Of a DNA stretch of 35,700 bases, positions 18,650 to 28,800 are shown piece by piece; within the stretch, counting starts at the first letter, position 1; each line of letters opens with the position of its first letter. The DNA is taken from positions 1 to 35,700 of IMG/VR virus record IMGVR_UViG_3300012940_001316. One strand, given 5' to 3'. This DNA is from a virus (Duplodnaviria; Caudoviricetes). The translations under genes and the position numbers were made by a program. The notes under the pieces are model-generated. The model was not told the origin of the DNA and made no database searches. It saw nothing but the letters and a program-made list of their open reading frames with translations.

Positions 18650-19347
18650 GCACCAGCCCTCTTTGGCGTGATGATGGATGCCACGAGCTTGTAGGCATAT
18701 CCATCCGTGTGCAGCTCTGCCAGGCTAACGCAGGCGATCACCGACTTGAGATGATACTCGCCAGTCCCCTTTTCCAGGCAGGCCCGCTCATACTCCGGAT
18801 CGGTGACGTCCAGCTTGTACTCATGCCCACCGTACTCGAAGCTCGCCCGCACGATCGGCTTCATATTGCCGAAATCCGGCGCCTTGGGGCCCGCGTGGAG
18901 GACGATCTCGTCCAGTTCGATCAAGCGCAGGGACCCGCCGTCTTCGTCGATGAGCGCCTCCGGCACGCGGTTGTTTCGGTTGTAGTACGCACTGGAACCG
19001 TTCGCCCAAAGGTCTGCGTCTTGGTCGACCAGGGCAAGAATGTCCTGCCAGGACGCGCGCCCCTTCTTCTCCCAATAGAACCTGTCGTCGATCAACACGT
19101 TCTCGCTCTGGTGCCCGTGGGGCCGTTCCTCGATGCATGGAATCTCGATGACATCGAGCAACTGCGCCGTCTTGCCGTCAGGGTAGCGACGGTCGAACTC
19201 GGAAATTTCGTGCCCTGGCCGATCGCTGATCGGGCGGAACCACGACTGGTCGCCCATGCGCTTGCCCGCGACACAGCGGCCCGCGATCTTCCTGGAGTTC
19301 GCCAGGCACACGATCCGTTCGACAAAGTTCGGCGCCTCATCGCTCAT
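18646..19347 (-). CDS. Dual OB-fold-like putative nucleic-acid-binding protein, 233 aa
   Basis: Start ATG 19347 with GGAGG RBS; 'IVCLANSRK..GRCVAG..WFRP', 'HQSEN', 'VTDP', 'YKLVASII' match my recollection of the dual-OB family found next to DUF488. Confidence 0.65.
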   Translation of the reverse strand: MSDEAPNFVERIVCLANSRKIAGRCVAGKRMGDQSWFRPISDRPGHEISEFDRRYPDGKTAQLLDVIEIPCIEERPHGHQSENVLIDDRFYWEKKGRASWQDILALVDQDADLWANGSSAYYNRNNRVPEALIDEDGGSLRLIELDEIVLHAGPKAPDFGNMKPIVRASFEYGGHEYKLDVTDPEYERACLEKGTGEYHLKSVIACVSLAELHTDGYAYKLVASIITPKRAGA

Positions 19348-19348
19348 T

Positions 19349-21259
19349 TCATCCTCCCTTCTTGCGGCCGTGGGTTTTCTTCGGTTTCGCCTCCGGCTCC
19401 TCGTAGAGATCTTCGAGCCCATGGGCGATGGCCAGCGACTTATCGGTCTTGCACTTCTCGCGCACCCGGTCGGGCCAGTAGTTCATGGCCAGGTGCGCCC
19501 AGTCGTAGTCGCCTTTCTTGAGCTTCTCCCAGGTGTCCTTGAGCACCTTCTGCCAGGGTTTGTGGCGGAACAGCGGCCACAGCGGCGCGGCGCAAATCTG
19601 CACGCCGTCGTCATGGTTGGGTTTGTACGTTGGCGCGAGCTTGAGCAAAGTGTCGCGTAGCTCGATCAGCTCCAGCTCGAAGGCTTGCAGTGCTTCGAAC
19701 TGCTTTTCGTCGTCGCGGGTGCGGGCCGCGCCCTTGTTACGCAGCGCCGTCACGTCAGCGCCGACTTGTTTGAGCTTGGGTTCGACAAAGTCGTTGATTG
19801 CTGTGTAAAGCGTCTGGCTGGTAAGGCTGGGGTAATAGACCCACAGGGTGTAGCTGCCGGACGTTGTGCTCAACGGCCAGTAGATGGGGGCTTTGCGACG
19901 GCTCTTGGAGTAGCGCTGCAGATGGAAGGGGAAGAAGTCGCGTTGCAGCCAGCGGCGCACGTCCTCCGGTATTGGCACCTCGACGCGAACGAGAACTTCC
20001 TCAATTAAGCGTGCGAGGTCATGCGGGTGCCCCGGGTCGTCCACCAGGATGCCTTCGTGCGCATGGAAGGGCGCGGCCCCGTCGGGCAGCATTCCGGGGC
20101 TTTTGGCGGGCAGCGGATCGAAAGGATCGGGCTCTGGAGGTGCCGCGCGCTCTCCCGTGGCCAGGCGCCAGTCGAAACGACCAAATGCCACACCAACTGC
20201 CCAGCTCAACAAGCCGGCCGTGTGGTCGATGGGTGAAGCGCTGTCTTCATCGTCGCCTTCGTCATCTGCGCCGTCCTCGGCATCGCCTTCGTTTGCCACA
20301 CCTTGGGTGCCTTGAACGGCAGCACGGTCGGCTTCATTGAAGCCATAGAGGTCAAAAGCTATTGAGTCGATCTCGATCTGGATGCGTGACAGTTCTGCTT
20401 CAATGGCGACAGGGTCGTAATCAGCCAGTCGCGCACGCAAGGCGGCTGGTAGCACGTACGCATGGGAGGTTTCTTCGATGGTATCCAGCGTTCGCTTTAG
20501 TGACCAGGCACGACGGGCCAGAGTAGCAAGCCTGGCTTTCTGTTCGGTGCTCAGGTCCGGGAGAGGGGTTTGCTGAATCAGCCCCACTTCGAAAGATTGT
20601 GCCAACTCCACGCGTGCCAACTGCACTGATACGAGTAGACCAAAGGCCAGACTATTCACCACCGTGCACAGTGCCAGTAAGGCATCGGGTTCATCATCGT
20701 CAACAAAGGCGGCTGGACCTTTGTCAGCGAATATGCAGCCGCGAGGCATTGCGCGAAAGCTGAGTCCATTGGTGCGCCGTGGCCATGTGATGCCAGGGCG
20801 GAGGTAGAACTGTGGATTTTTCGCTACAAACTCAGCATTCCCATTCAGGTATGGATACCGCCTGCAAATACCAGCCTTTACCTCCGCACCATCCTTATCC
20901 CAGTTCGTCATGAGATAGACGTCTGCGTAAAAAGGGGAAAAAGTGCCACCTTTGGCAAAGCCGTGCCATCCGTCTCCGGGCTGTTCCCACCAAGTCCTAA
21001 CAAAACGGAAATCTTCTGCAGTCGCTAATCCTTGGCGCGCAGTGCGATCGTCGCATTCAAAGGCAGGAAGTCGCTTGAATACCTGACGAACTGCTTCGCT
21101 TACCCAGTACGCAAATGGCGCTCCAGGGACCGCCCGGAATGACTCCGGCTCCACATCAAATACTCGCGTATCTGTTTCCCCTGCACGCAAGGCTGTGCAA
21201 CTATCCAGCAGATTGCTGGCCTTGTCTTTATCCGTTAGCAGGCGCAAGAAGGTTGTCAT
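19349..21259 (-). CDS. pglX: PglX C-terminal half (target recognition and C-terminal domains) as a separate gene, 636 aa
   Basis: 'VPGAPFAYW', 'RQGLATAEDFRFVRTWWE', 'FAKGG', 'PGITW', 'IFADKGP', 'YSKSRRKAPIYW', 'DDGV'; no SAM motif. Confidence 0.8.
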   Translation of the reverse strand: MTTFLRLLTDKDKASNLLDSCTALRAGETDTRVFDVEPESFRAVPGAPFAYWVSEAVRQVFKRLPAFECDDRTARQGLATAEDFRFVRTWWEQPGDGWHGFAKGGTFSPFYADVYLMTNWDKDGAEVKAGICRRYPYLNGNAEFVAKNPQFYLRPGITWPRRTNGLSFRAMPRGCIFADKGPAAFVDDDEPDALLALCTVVNSLAFGLLVSVQLARVELAQSFEVGLIQQTPLPDLSTEQKARLATLARRAWSLKRTLDTIEETSHAYVLPAALRARLADYDPVAIEAELSRIQIEIDSIAFDLYGFNEADRAAVQGTQGVANEGDAEDGADDEGDDEDSASPIDHTAGLLSWAVGVAFGRFDWRLATGERAAPPEPDPFDPLPAKSPGMLPDGAAPFHAHEGILVDDPGHPHDLARLIEEVLVRVEVPIPEDVRRWLQRDFFPFHLQRYSKSRRKAPIYWPLSTTSGSYTLWVYYPSLTSQTLYTAINDFVEPKLKQVGADVTALRNKGAARTRDDEKQFEALQAFELELIELRDTLLKLAPTYKPNHDDGVQICAAPLWPLFRHKPWQKVLKDTWEKLKKGDYDWAHLAMNYWPDRVREKCKTDKSLAIAHGLEDLYEEPEAKPKKTHGRKKGG

Positions 21260-23148
21260 GCTTGCTTCTCCAACACATAGGCTGCTGCTTCAACAGCAGC
21301 ATCGTCCATGACGCCAAAACCAAGATCGGACATCACTTCTGGGCGGCCAATTCGCAACACCACCTCTTCCCGCCACTTCTGAAAGCTTGAAAGGAAAAAG
21401 CAAGTGCGTGAGGTGATGGCACCAATGCGGCCACCAGCGCGCAGCAGTTCCAAGCCGCGCTCCACCATAATGGCCAGAAGATCGTTCTTGCTGCGTGGAT
21501 AGGCTCTGGCGAGCTGATCCTTGGTGTTTGAAGCTAGTGCACCAAAGGGCGGATTCATCACCACCACATCGAACACTTCACGGCACAGATCGATGAGCCG
21601 CAGGCCCTGCAGAGCATCCTGGGCAAACAGACGCCCTTGATACGTCGACTTCGCCGCCTGAGCGAATTCAGTGAGTGCTTCGCGCAACCGTGCCTCGGCT
21701 TGCTGCCAGCTCTCCTGCTCCTGCTCAGCAAACAGGCCAGTGCCCTTGCCCACATAAACCTGGCGAATCAAATGCGGTAGTTCGCGTTCGACTTGGAGCA
21801 GCACTCCGAGCTCCGGCAGGCCCTTGAGCAGTTGCAGGGTCTTCTCGAACAGCTCGGCATCACGTTGGTCGAGGTTGGCGGCAAACTGCTGGCGCAACTC
21901 TCGCTCTGCCGGCGGCGCAACGGCGGCGATCACATGACCGCGCCCAATCAAAGGGCGGTCTTTGGCCTTGACGCCGGCATCGTGCCAAGCACGCTGCGCT
22001 CGCAGCCACAGTGCCAGGGATGCAATCTGCGCAGCGCGCGGATCGATGTCCACGCCATAGATGTTGTGCTCGATGATCAAACGAGGCAGGTCGCGCAGGA
22101 ATGCCGCCTCGTCCTCGTAGGTCTGGCTCAGTGGCTTGAATGCAGCCTGGGGCTGGGTCGAGACATCCAGCGAACCGGGCCCGTGCTGCTGCTCCCAAGC
22201 CCAGGCCTCGCGATAGATTTCAGCGAACAGATCGAAGGCATATAGGCCGAAGTGCATGGAGCCGCAGGCCGGGTCCAGTAGCTTCAGGGTGCGCGGGTCA
22301 CGCAGCTTGGTGGCGGCTTGTGGCGTTTCATCCGGCTTGACCAGCAGGTATTGGCAGCGATCGCGCAGGCCGGTGGCTCCGCCCGTGGCGTTGAACCAGA
22401 GACGCCCGAGGGTGTTGTCCACTAGGAACTCAACCACGTAGCGCGGCGTGAAGAACTGGTTACGCACCGCCAACTCGCGGCTGTTGCGCGGCGCCTGCGA
22501 GGCATCACGCATCGCCTTGCGCTCTTCCTTGGAGTTGAAGTACTGGTAGATCCAGCCGATGGTTTCATCCTCGCTCCACAGCGGGGCAATGTCGGCATCG
22601 TTGATCAGGGTCAGCACTTGGAGCAGTGCAGCCTCGCGCGGGAACAGGCGGCCCTGCGGCGAATAGCGGTCGAACAGGCCCGGCAGGTCTTGGGCGAGTT
22701 CATCGAACACGCTGAACAGGTACACGCGGTAGGCGTCGCCGGTTTCTCCCAAGCCGGTACCAGCCAGCCGCGCATAGAGCTGAAAGCCCTTGGCCTGGAA
22801 ACCATTGCCTACCGACTCCACCAGCAGACCACGCGCCTCTGCCATGCGCAGGGCCGCAAGGCGATTGAGCACGGTGAAGGCCTGCTCACGCACGATCCGA
22901 TCCAGCCCCTGCGTGGCGTTCATGTCGCCGCTGGCGGTGTAGTGCGCTAGGGTGTCGCGCAGAATGCGGGCGGTTTCGCGCTGGGCGTCGTTGATATGCC
23001 GCAGGCTGGTCAGATCGGCCACGCTGCCCGAGTTCGGGTCCATGCCGTAGTCGTTCTGCAGCTGGCGGGTGAATTCCTCTTCCAGCACGCGCCGCGCATC
23101 GTTGACGAAGCGCTGGAGGCGGTTTCTTGTTGTTTGGTCGAATGCCAT
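21256..23148 (-). CDS. pglX: PglX N-terminal half, N6-adenine methyltransferase, 630 aa
   Basis: 'IGWIYQYF', 'QFFTPRYVVEFLVDNTLG', motif I 'LDPACGSMHF', 'YGVDID', motif IV 'VMNPPF'; start re-called at ATG 23148. Confidence 0.9.
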   Translation of the reverse strand: MAFDQTTRNRLQRFVNDARRVLEEEFTRQLQNDYGMDPNSGSVADLTSLRHINDAQRETARILRDTLAHYTASGDMNATQGLDRIVREQAFTVLNRLAALRMAEARGLLVESVGNGFQAKGFQLYARLAGTGLGETGDAYRVYLFSVFDELAQDLPGLFDRYSPQGRLFPREAALLQVLTLINDADIAPLWSEDETIGWIYQYFNSKEERKAMRDASQAPRNSRELAVRNQFFTPRYVVEFLVDNTLGRLWFNATGGATGLRDRCQYLLVKPDETPQAATKLRDPRTLKLLDPACGSMHFGLYAFDLFAEIYREAWAWEQQHGPGSLDVSTQPQAAFKPLSQTYEDEAAFLRDLPRLIIEHNIYGVDIDPRAAQIASLALWLRAQRAWHDAGVKAKDRPLIGRGHVIAAVAPPAERELRQQFAANLDQRDAELFEKTLQLLKGLPELGVLLQVERELPHLIRQVYVGKGTGLFAEQEQESWQQAEARLREALTEFAQAAKSTYQGRLFAQDALQGLRLIDLCREVFDVVVMNPPFGALASNTKDQLARAYPRSKNDLLAIMVERGLELLRAGGRIGAITSRTCFFLSSFQKWREEVVLRIGRPEVMSDLGFGVMDDAAVEAAAYVLEKQA

Positions 23149-23158
23149 CAATCGATTC

Positions 23159-25876
23159 CTATTGTTCTGTGCCTGCTTGCAGTGAACCGGGCGCTTGCCA
23201 ATCCTGGCCAAAGTGAGCGCGCAGGCTCTCGATGGCCGCCGGCATTGCTCCCTCGCAGGTCATGCCCAGGTACGTGGCTGCGCGGGTGGTGCCAACGTAG
23301 AGGTATTTGTCAAACAGCTCGGGATGCAAGGCGGCGAGCCGGTCAATGGCCACGAAGAACACCGCCTCGAATTCCAGCCCCTTGATGTGCTGGACATCGA
23401 AGACCCGGACGTTGCTCTCCTGTCCTACGGCCTGGCCCTCACGGCAGGCGATGACTTGAATGTTGTGCTCGGCCAGGACGGTGTTGAGCGCATCGGCAAC
23501 CGGGGCGACTTCAGCCTCCGAATTCACGAAGATGGCCGTGGACGGCAGTTGGCCGACAAAGCGCTCGATCTCACGGATGCGGTCGGCAAGCCAGGCCACT
23601 ACATCTTCACCGGCGGCGTATTCCAGCAAGGCCGGTGCAACGCCATTGCTGTCGACGTGTGCGGGGAGACTGACGTGCTGCTCCGTCCCGCCGACAGCGC
23701 GGATCATCGCGCGGGCAAGCTCGTTGAGCTGCTTGCTCTGGCGGTAGGAGACCGTGATCTCCTTGATGTCGAAGTCGGGAAACACCCACTTCAAGTCGTC
23801 GGTGGAACGCGCGCCCCAGGTGGTCAACCGCTGGTTGAAGTCGCCGCAGGCGAAAAAAGAGCGCAAACGCGGGTGGGCCAATGCGGCCATGCAGGCCAGC
23901 TGAATGGGCGAGAAATCGGTCGCTTCGTCGACCAGGATCTGGTTGCGGAAATGCCCGAGGAAAGGTTGAAGCGAGGACCAGGCCGGGCTGTCGATGTCGC
24001 GCAGGACATTCGGCTTGCTGATCAGATCGCCCGCGGCGCGCAGAATGGCCAGTAGCACCAGGTCCAGTTCGAGCGGATGGATGTCGCGGGCCTCGAAGCC
24101 ATCCTTGACGTACCAGGTGCCATCCTCCTGGCGTTGCCGCCGGAAAGCCCGGTAGCGTTTTGGGATGCCGTCGACATAGCGCTTGACCGGATTCGTAAAG
24201 CGGCGCGCACTGGTTTGCACCAGCAGACTGGCGCCCACCTCTGCACGGTCGGCTTCGGTCAGGGTGCGGTCCCCCAGCCATTCGACGATTTTGCCGGTTC
24301 GAGAGGTCTTGCTGAGCGAGCGTTTTGCGGCGACCGATCGCGCCTGGACGCGAACGGCTTGCATATAGGCATTGAGCGCTGCGGCCCGGCCGGTCCGCGG
24401 TGTTGCGGTTTCCTCTTCCTCATCGGTATCGAGGTCGTCGGCTTCGTCGGTGTCGGTGACCTGGGTCTGCTGTAATCCATCGAGGAAACGCGCCAGCTCA
24501 TCCAGGAACCCCCTGTTCCGGTTGAGCTGGAGATTCAATGCGCCTTTGATTTTCGCATCAGAGGCCTCCTTCAACTTGCTGACGAGGGCCTGCACCTTGG
24601 GGAGCTCTGCAGCAAGCGCCGCAAAGGTAGAGGCCAATGCGCCATCGCTGGCGCGCTCCAGGATGCTCGCCAACCGACTTCCGAGATCCCGGACCTCAGA
24701 CGACGCAGCCTGGCTGAGTAGGACTGCGGCATCCCGCGACTCCTGGACATAGACGTTGCGCTGCCAGGCATCGAAGTCGCTGTACCACTGCGTGGGCCGT
24801 GCCAAGGCCTCCACATTGAGGCTCTGAACTCCATCCTTCAGCACGAAGGTACCCCCGCCGGTGGCTGTTCTCAGTACGCCAAAGGCATTCCTTGCAAGCT
24901 CCCTGCGGTAGTCGTGCCAGGTACGAATACGCAGATCAGAGGCCGGTACGCCTTCGCGGGCGAAGGCCTCCTTCAAGTATTGCTTCAACAGCTCCGTGGG
25001 TGTGAACATCAACCAGCTGTCGGAGTGCGCAACGCCCTGGGTTGCGCCGAGGCTGCCAACTAGGCGCTTCTCGCCCTCTTCAAGAAAGGCGGTGTCGAGC
25101 TTTTGCCCCAAGCGACGGATCAGCGTCGTGGTCTTGCCCGTACCAGGTGGCCCAAGGATCAACAGTCGCTTGTCGAGCGGCAGGCGAAAGATTTCATCCT
25201 GGTATTGATCGAGCACGGGCTGATCCCTGAGCCCCATCTTGGTGATGACGCTGCGGCGCACCCCCTCGATGATGTTGGCCTTGACCGTCTCTTCGGCCAG
25301 GAGCTGCCCCAAGATGTCTTCAGTGACCTCTTCGCCGGTGACCTCGGTGAGCAAGGCCCTGAGCGACTCGATCGTGATGGGGCCGAAGGCCTCGGCCTCC
25401 ACGATCGTGTCCCGCGAATCCCACCCCTCGGGCAGCGCCGCAGGACGCAGTTGGGTGCGTTCAAGCACGTGGAGTTCGCGGCCGTCGGGTCGCCTGAACT
25501 CTTCGCCAACCGGCAGGGACGCCAGGCGTCCGATCGGCGCCCGGTAACTGATCACGCCGAGGTTGGCCATCCCCTGGTCGCCGCGGCAAAAATAGTAGGT
25601 CTCGCGCTCGCCTTCCTCGTCCTCGACCACGACGCGCGCAATTGCTGGCTCCCTTGAAAGCAGCTCGTAGCTTGCGCGGTTCTGGCTGTCGATTTCCCTG
25701 AGCCTTTGTATCGCTGAGCCCGAGGTCAGCGTATTGACACCGGCGAGCACATCCGTCGTCAAACTGGCCGTCTCGCCGAGTTTTGCCTTGGCGGCCGAGG
25801 CAGTGCGCTCCAACTGGGCAAGGACGTCTTCAGCAACGTCCTCGACGTGTTGCTTGGAATCCGCAGTCAGCGCCAT
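23159..25876 (-). CDS. SF1 (UvrD/HelD-like) helicase/ATPase, ~905 aa
   Basis: Walker A 'GPPGTGKT', 'ILVDEATDF', 'GDFNQ', 'SYRQ', 'KGLEFEAV', 'LYVGTTRA'. Alternative GTG start at 25882 overlaps the brxC stop. Confidence 0.85.
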   Translation of the reverse strand: MALTADSKQHVEDVAEDVLAQLERTASAAKAKLGETASLTTDVLAGVNTLTSGSAIQRLREIDSQNRASYELLSREPAIARVVVEDEEGERETYYFCRGDQGMANLGVISYRAPIGRLASLPVGEEFRRPDGRELHVLERTQLRPAALPEGWDSRDTIVEAEAFGPITIESLRALLTEVTGEEVTEDILGQLLAEETVKANIIEGVRRSVITKMGLRDQPVLDQYQDEIFRLPLDKRLLILGPPGTGKTTTLIRRLGQKLDTAFLEEGEKRLVGSLGATQGVAHSDSWLMFTPTELLKQYLKEAFAREGVPASDLRIRTWHDYRRELARNAFGVLRTATGGGTFVLKDGVQSLNVEALARPTQWYSDFDAWQRNVYVQESRDAAVLLSQAASSEVRDLGSRLASILERASDGALASTFAALAAELPKVQALVSKLKEASDAKIKGALNLQLNRNRGFLDELARFLDGLQQTQVTDTDEADDLDTDEEEETATPRTGRAAALNAYMQAVRVQARSVAAKRSLSKTSRTGKIVEWLGDRTLTEADRAEVGASLLVQTSARRFTNPVKRYVDGIPKRYRAFRRQRQEDGTWYVKDGFEARDIHPLELDLVLLAILRAAGDLISKPNVLRDIDSPAWSSLQPFLGHFRNQILVDEATDFSPIQLACMAALAHPRLRSFFACGDFNQRLTTWGARSTDDLKWVFPDFDIKEITVSYRQSKQLNELARAMIRAVGGTEQHVSLPAHVDSNGVAPALLEYAAGEDVVAWLADRIREIERFVGQLPSTAIFVNSEAEVAPVADALNTVLAEHNIQVIACREGQAVGQESNVRVFDVQHIKGLEFEAVFFVAIDRLAALHPELFDKYLYVGTTRAATYLGMTCEGAMPAAIESLRAHFGQDWQAPGSLQAGTEQ

Positions 25877-25878
25877 CG

Positions 25879-28800
25879 TCACTCTCCCCCCGTTCCTGGT
25901 TGGCCGCCGACCACAAACGACACCTCAATCTCGGCATAAAGGCCAATCTGAGCTTTGATCTCGTGCAGTTGCTGTATGAGCGCTTCGATATCGGCGGCGG
26001 AAGTCATCCTCACCGGCACCGTGATGGACCTGGCGAGCTTGTTTGGACCTTTCTCACCGGTCTTGGCGCGCTCATCCTCCAGGCGCTTGCGCATGCGTTC
26101 CTGGCCCTGGCGCTGGATGGATCGCTTGAGATCTTCGAGGGTGCTGTTGATGTCGTAGTCGCGCGCCAGCAGTTTCTTGAGACCGGCCAGATCCTGATCG
26201 GCCTCCAGAGCCAAGTCATCGAGACGACTGACCGCATTGCCGCGTTCCTCTTGGGTCAACTCGTCCCATTCCGCGATGCGCTGGAGGTCTTCGGCACCTT
26301 CTTTGATCCGTGCCTTCTGCTGATCGACCAGGGTAATCACCGCCTCCCGCACTCGACTCTGCAGGTGTGTCAGCAGCGAGTTGAAATCGGCTACGTGCTT
26401 GTAGAACTCCTCCTGCGCCAGGCGCTCCGCAAGCAGCCCGAGCTCTTCAGCCACTTCCCGGCGAAGATCGCCCGGCACGCCCGTGTCTGGCAGGGCCTCG
26501 ATTTCCCGGCGATGGTTCTGCAAGTCGCGGATGGTTGCCTGGAGGCCGTTGTCGAAGGCGCGGCGAATCTCCTGTGCCCACTTGAGGTCGTCGTAGAGGG
26601 CAGAGCTTTCCGCCCCCAGGCGCTGCGGGGCGTCGGACGCATCGGTGAAGAGTACGTCGGCGATGTCTTGGGTGAGCCGGCGCATACGTTCGCCGCCGTG
26701 GATGCCCAAGCTGTCCAGCTTCTCGGCCAGGGGACCGCACTCGTGCTGGAAGCGCGGGAAGTGCTTCACGGCCGCCTTGCTGATCTCCTGCTCGAGCGGG
26801 ATGATCATTTCCCCTGCGAGCTCGGTGAGCCGTTCCGCGGCTCGACCCAACGTATCAATGGACGGGCGTTCGTCGCGTAGGGAGACGCCGATCTGCTTGA
26901 ATGCGTTGTTGGTCTTGAGCGCGTCGATCGCTTGCTGCCCTGCCGCCGTCACCTCGCGGCCCGAGACCTTGAGCTTGATCTCGCCAGCCATCAGCATGGC
27001 GGCGAGAATGTAGCGCGTGGTATCGGCCGACCAGCCGAAGGGCGCATCGGAAAAGTGGTCGAGGAGCCGTTTGCCCTCTACGGTACCGCTGCGTTCGATG
27101 TAGTCCCGGATGCTGATCATCGCCTTGTGATCGGTCTTGAACTGGGCGCGACCGGCAACGGTTTGCACGAACCCCAGCGGGTCGAGGCTGCTTCCAATAG
27201 CGGCAGGATTGGACGTCTTCAGGAACTTTTCGGCCGTGTCGGTTGCAGCACGCACCGGGGCTTCGGCATAGCGATCGAATACTTGCTCGGCAACGTCGAC
27301 AAGCAGTTTCTTGGCCGCCTCGAGCAGGTCTGCATCCAGTGCCGTGACGGCCGTGACCTGGCCGCGGAACACGAACGACCCGGCTTGCAGGGTCTGTTTG
27401 ATCTTGCTCTGAAGCTGGGTGCTGAGTTTCGCGGCACGATCCAACTGACCCGAACAGTAGTCCTTGATCTCCTGGTCGGGTTCGTTGCGATGAAGCTCCG
27501 CAATGCGCTGGCAGCGATAGATTTCCCCGGCCAGGTCGTCCAGCTCTGGATTCGTCCTCGCCAAGAGCCCGACCAGGTTCCGGCCAGATCGACTGCGGGA
27601 GTCGTCCAGCATTCGGTTCTTGGCGGCCTCGTAGTCGGAGGCCGGCACGAACTCGGCCACGGTCTGGATCGTGTTCTGCTCGCCAGCAAGGCTCGTAAGA
27701 GAGCTGCCCGCCTGGATCTTCAAGCCGCTGGCAACTGCCATGGTCCCGTGCAGACTGACCCGTGGGAGAGGATTGAATGCCTCGCGCAAGGCGTCGTTGA
27801 AGATGCGCTTTACGTCGACAGAGCGCAGTGGAATGCCACCGCGCTCCTGCTCAATGTCCCGCAGCTTTTCGCTCAGGAAGACCAGATTCCCATCCTTCTC
27901 CCCAAGCGGAACAAGTACATCGCCCAACATCTCGTCCACCGCCTTGCGGACGGCATCTGCCTGTGATGCCGCCGTGATCGACGGGTGCATGAGGTTTGCG
28001 ACGTTCTGCACCGTGACCGGCAAGTTGCCCAGGATCTGCAAAACGGCGATGGTCTTGCCGATGTCTTGATGGAGCGGAGAGTCTGGATACCGAATCTGGA
28101 CCTTGCCCACTGCCTGATGAATCGAGGGAAAGGCGCGACGGATGTCTTTTTCAAGCTCGTCGTATAGCGTGACGGTAGTGGCAAGCCAGCCGACCGGCTG
28201 GTCAGCCATGGCTTTCGAGCCACCTTCGCCACGCAGAACGTCCTGTATGACCTTGATTGCCGAGCGCAGCCCGATGCCACCGGTCGACTTGGCCAGTGCG
28301 CCCAGGAGGTGGAGCAGGATGTCAAAGTGCGCCGGCAGGAAGGGATACAGATTGATGAAGCTCTCCCGGCTGAAATCCGCGTCGTAGTACTTGGCGTCCT
28401 GCAGCTTGGTGTTGTGCCGCAGAGCCTGGCCATGCGCATCAAACAGCTTGCCAAGCTCAGCGTCGCCGGCAGGCGACTTGCCCAACAGACGGCGGTAGCA
28501 GATTTCCTTGATGTCGCTGGACTCGAGGTCAATCTGGATTGGGAAGCGATCCTTGAGCTTGAAGAGCTGCGGCGAGTTGATGCTGGCGCGCGGGTCGTCT
28601 TCGGTCAGGGTTTGCTGCGCGGTGGAAATGATCCAGACCTTGCCGTCGCCGAGCCGCTTGAGGTTCTTGGCGAGCCCATCCAGGTTGAGAATGAGGTTGT
28701 CGCGCGATGCCACGTACTGCCCGACCTCGTCGATGACGAAGATGATGTGCTGCTTGCCGCTCTTCTCGCGCACGATGTCGATCATTTCCTGTACGCGCTG

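Noticed and set aside
21256-21259. pglX as a frameshifted or phase-variable pseudogene
   Set aside because: No homopolymer or tandem repeat at the junction; the RBS and ATGA overlap favour two genes. Not fully excluded.
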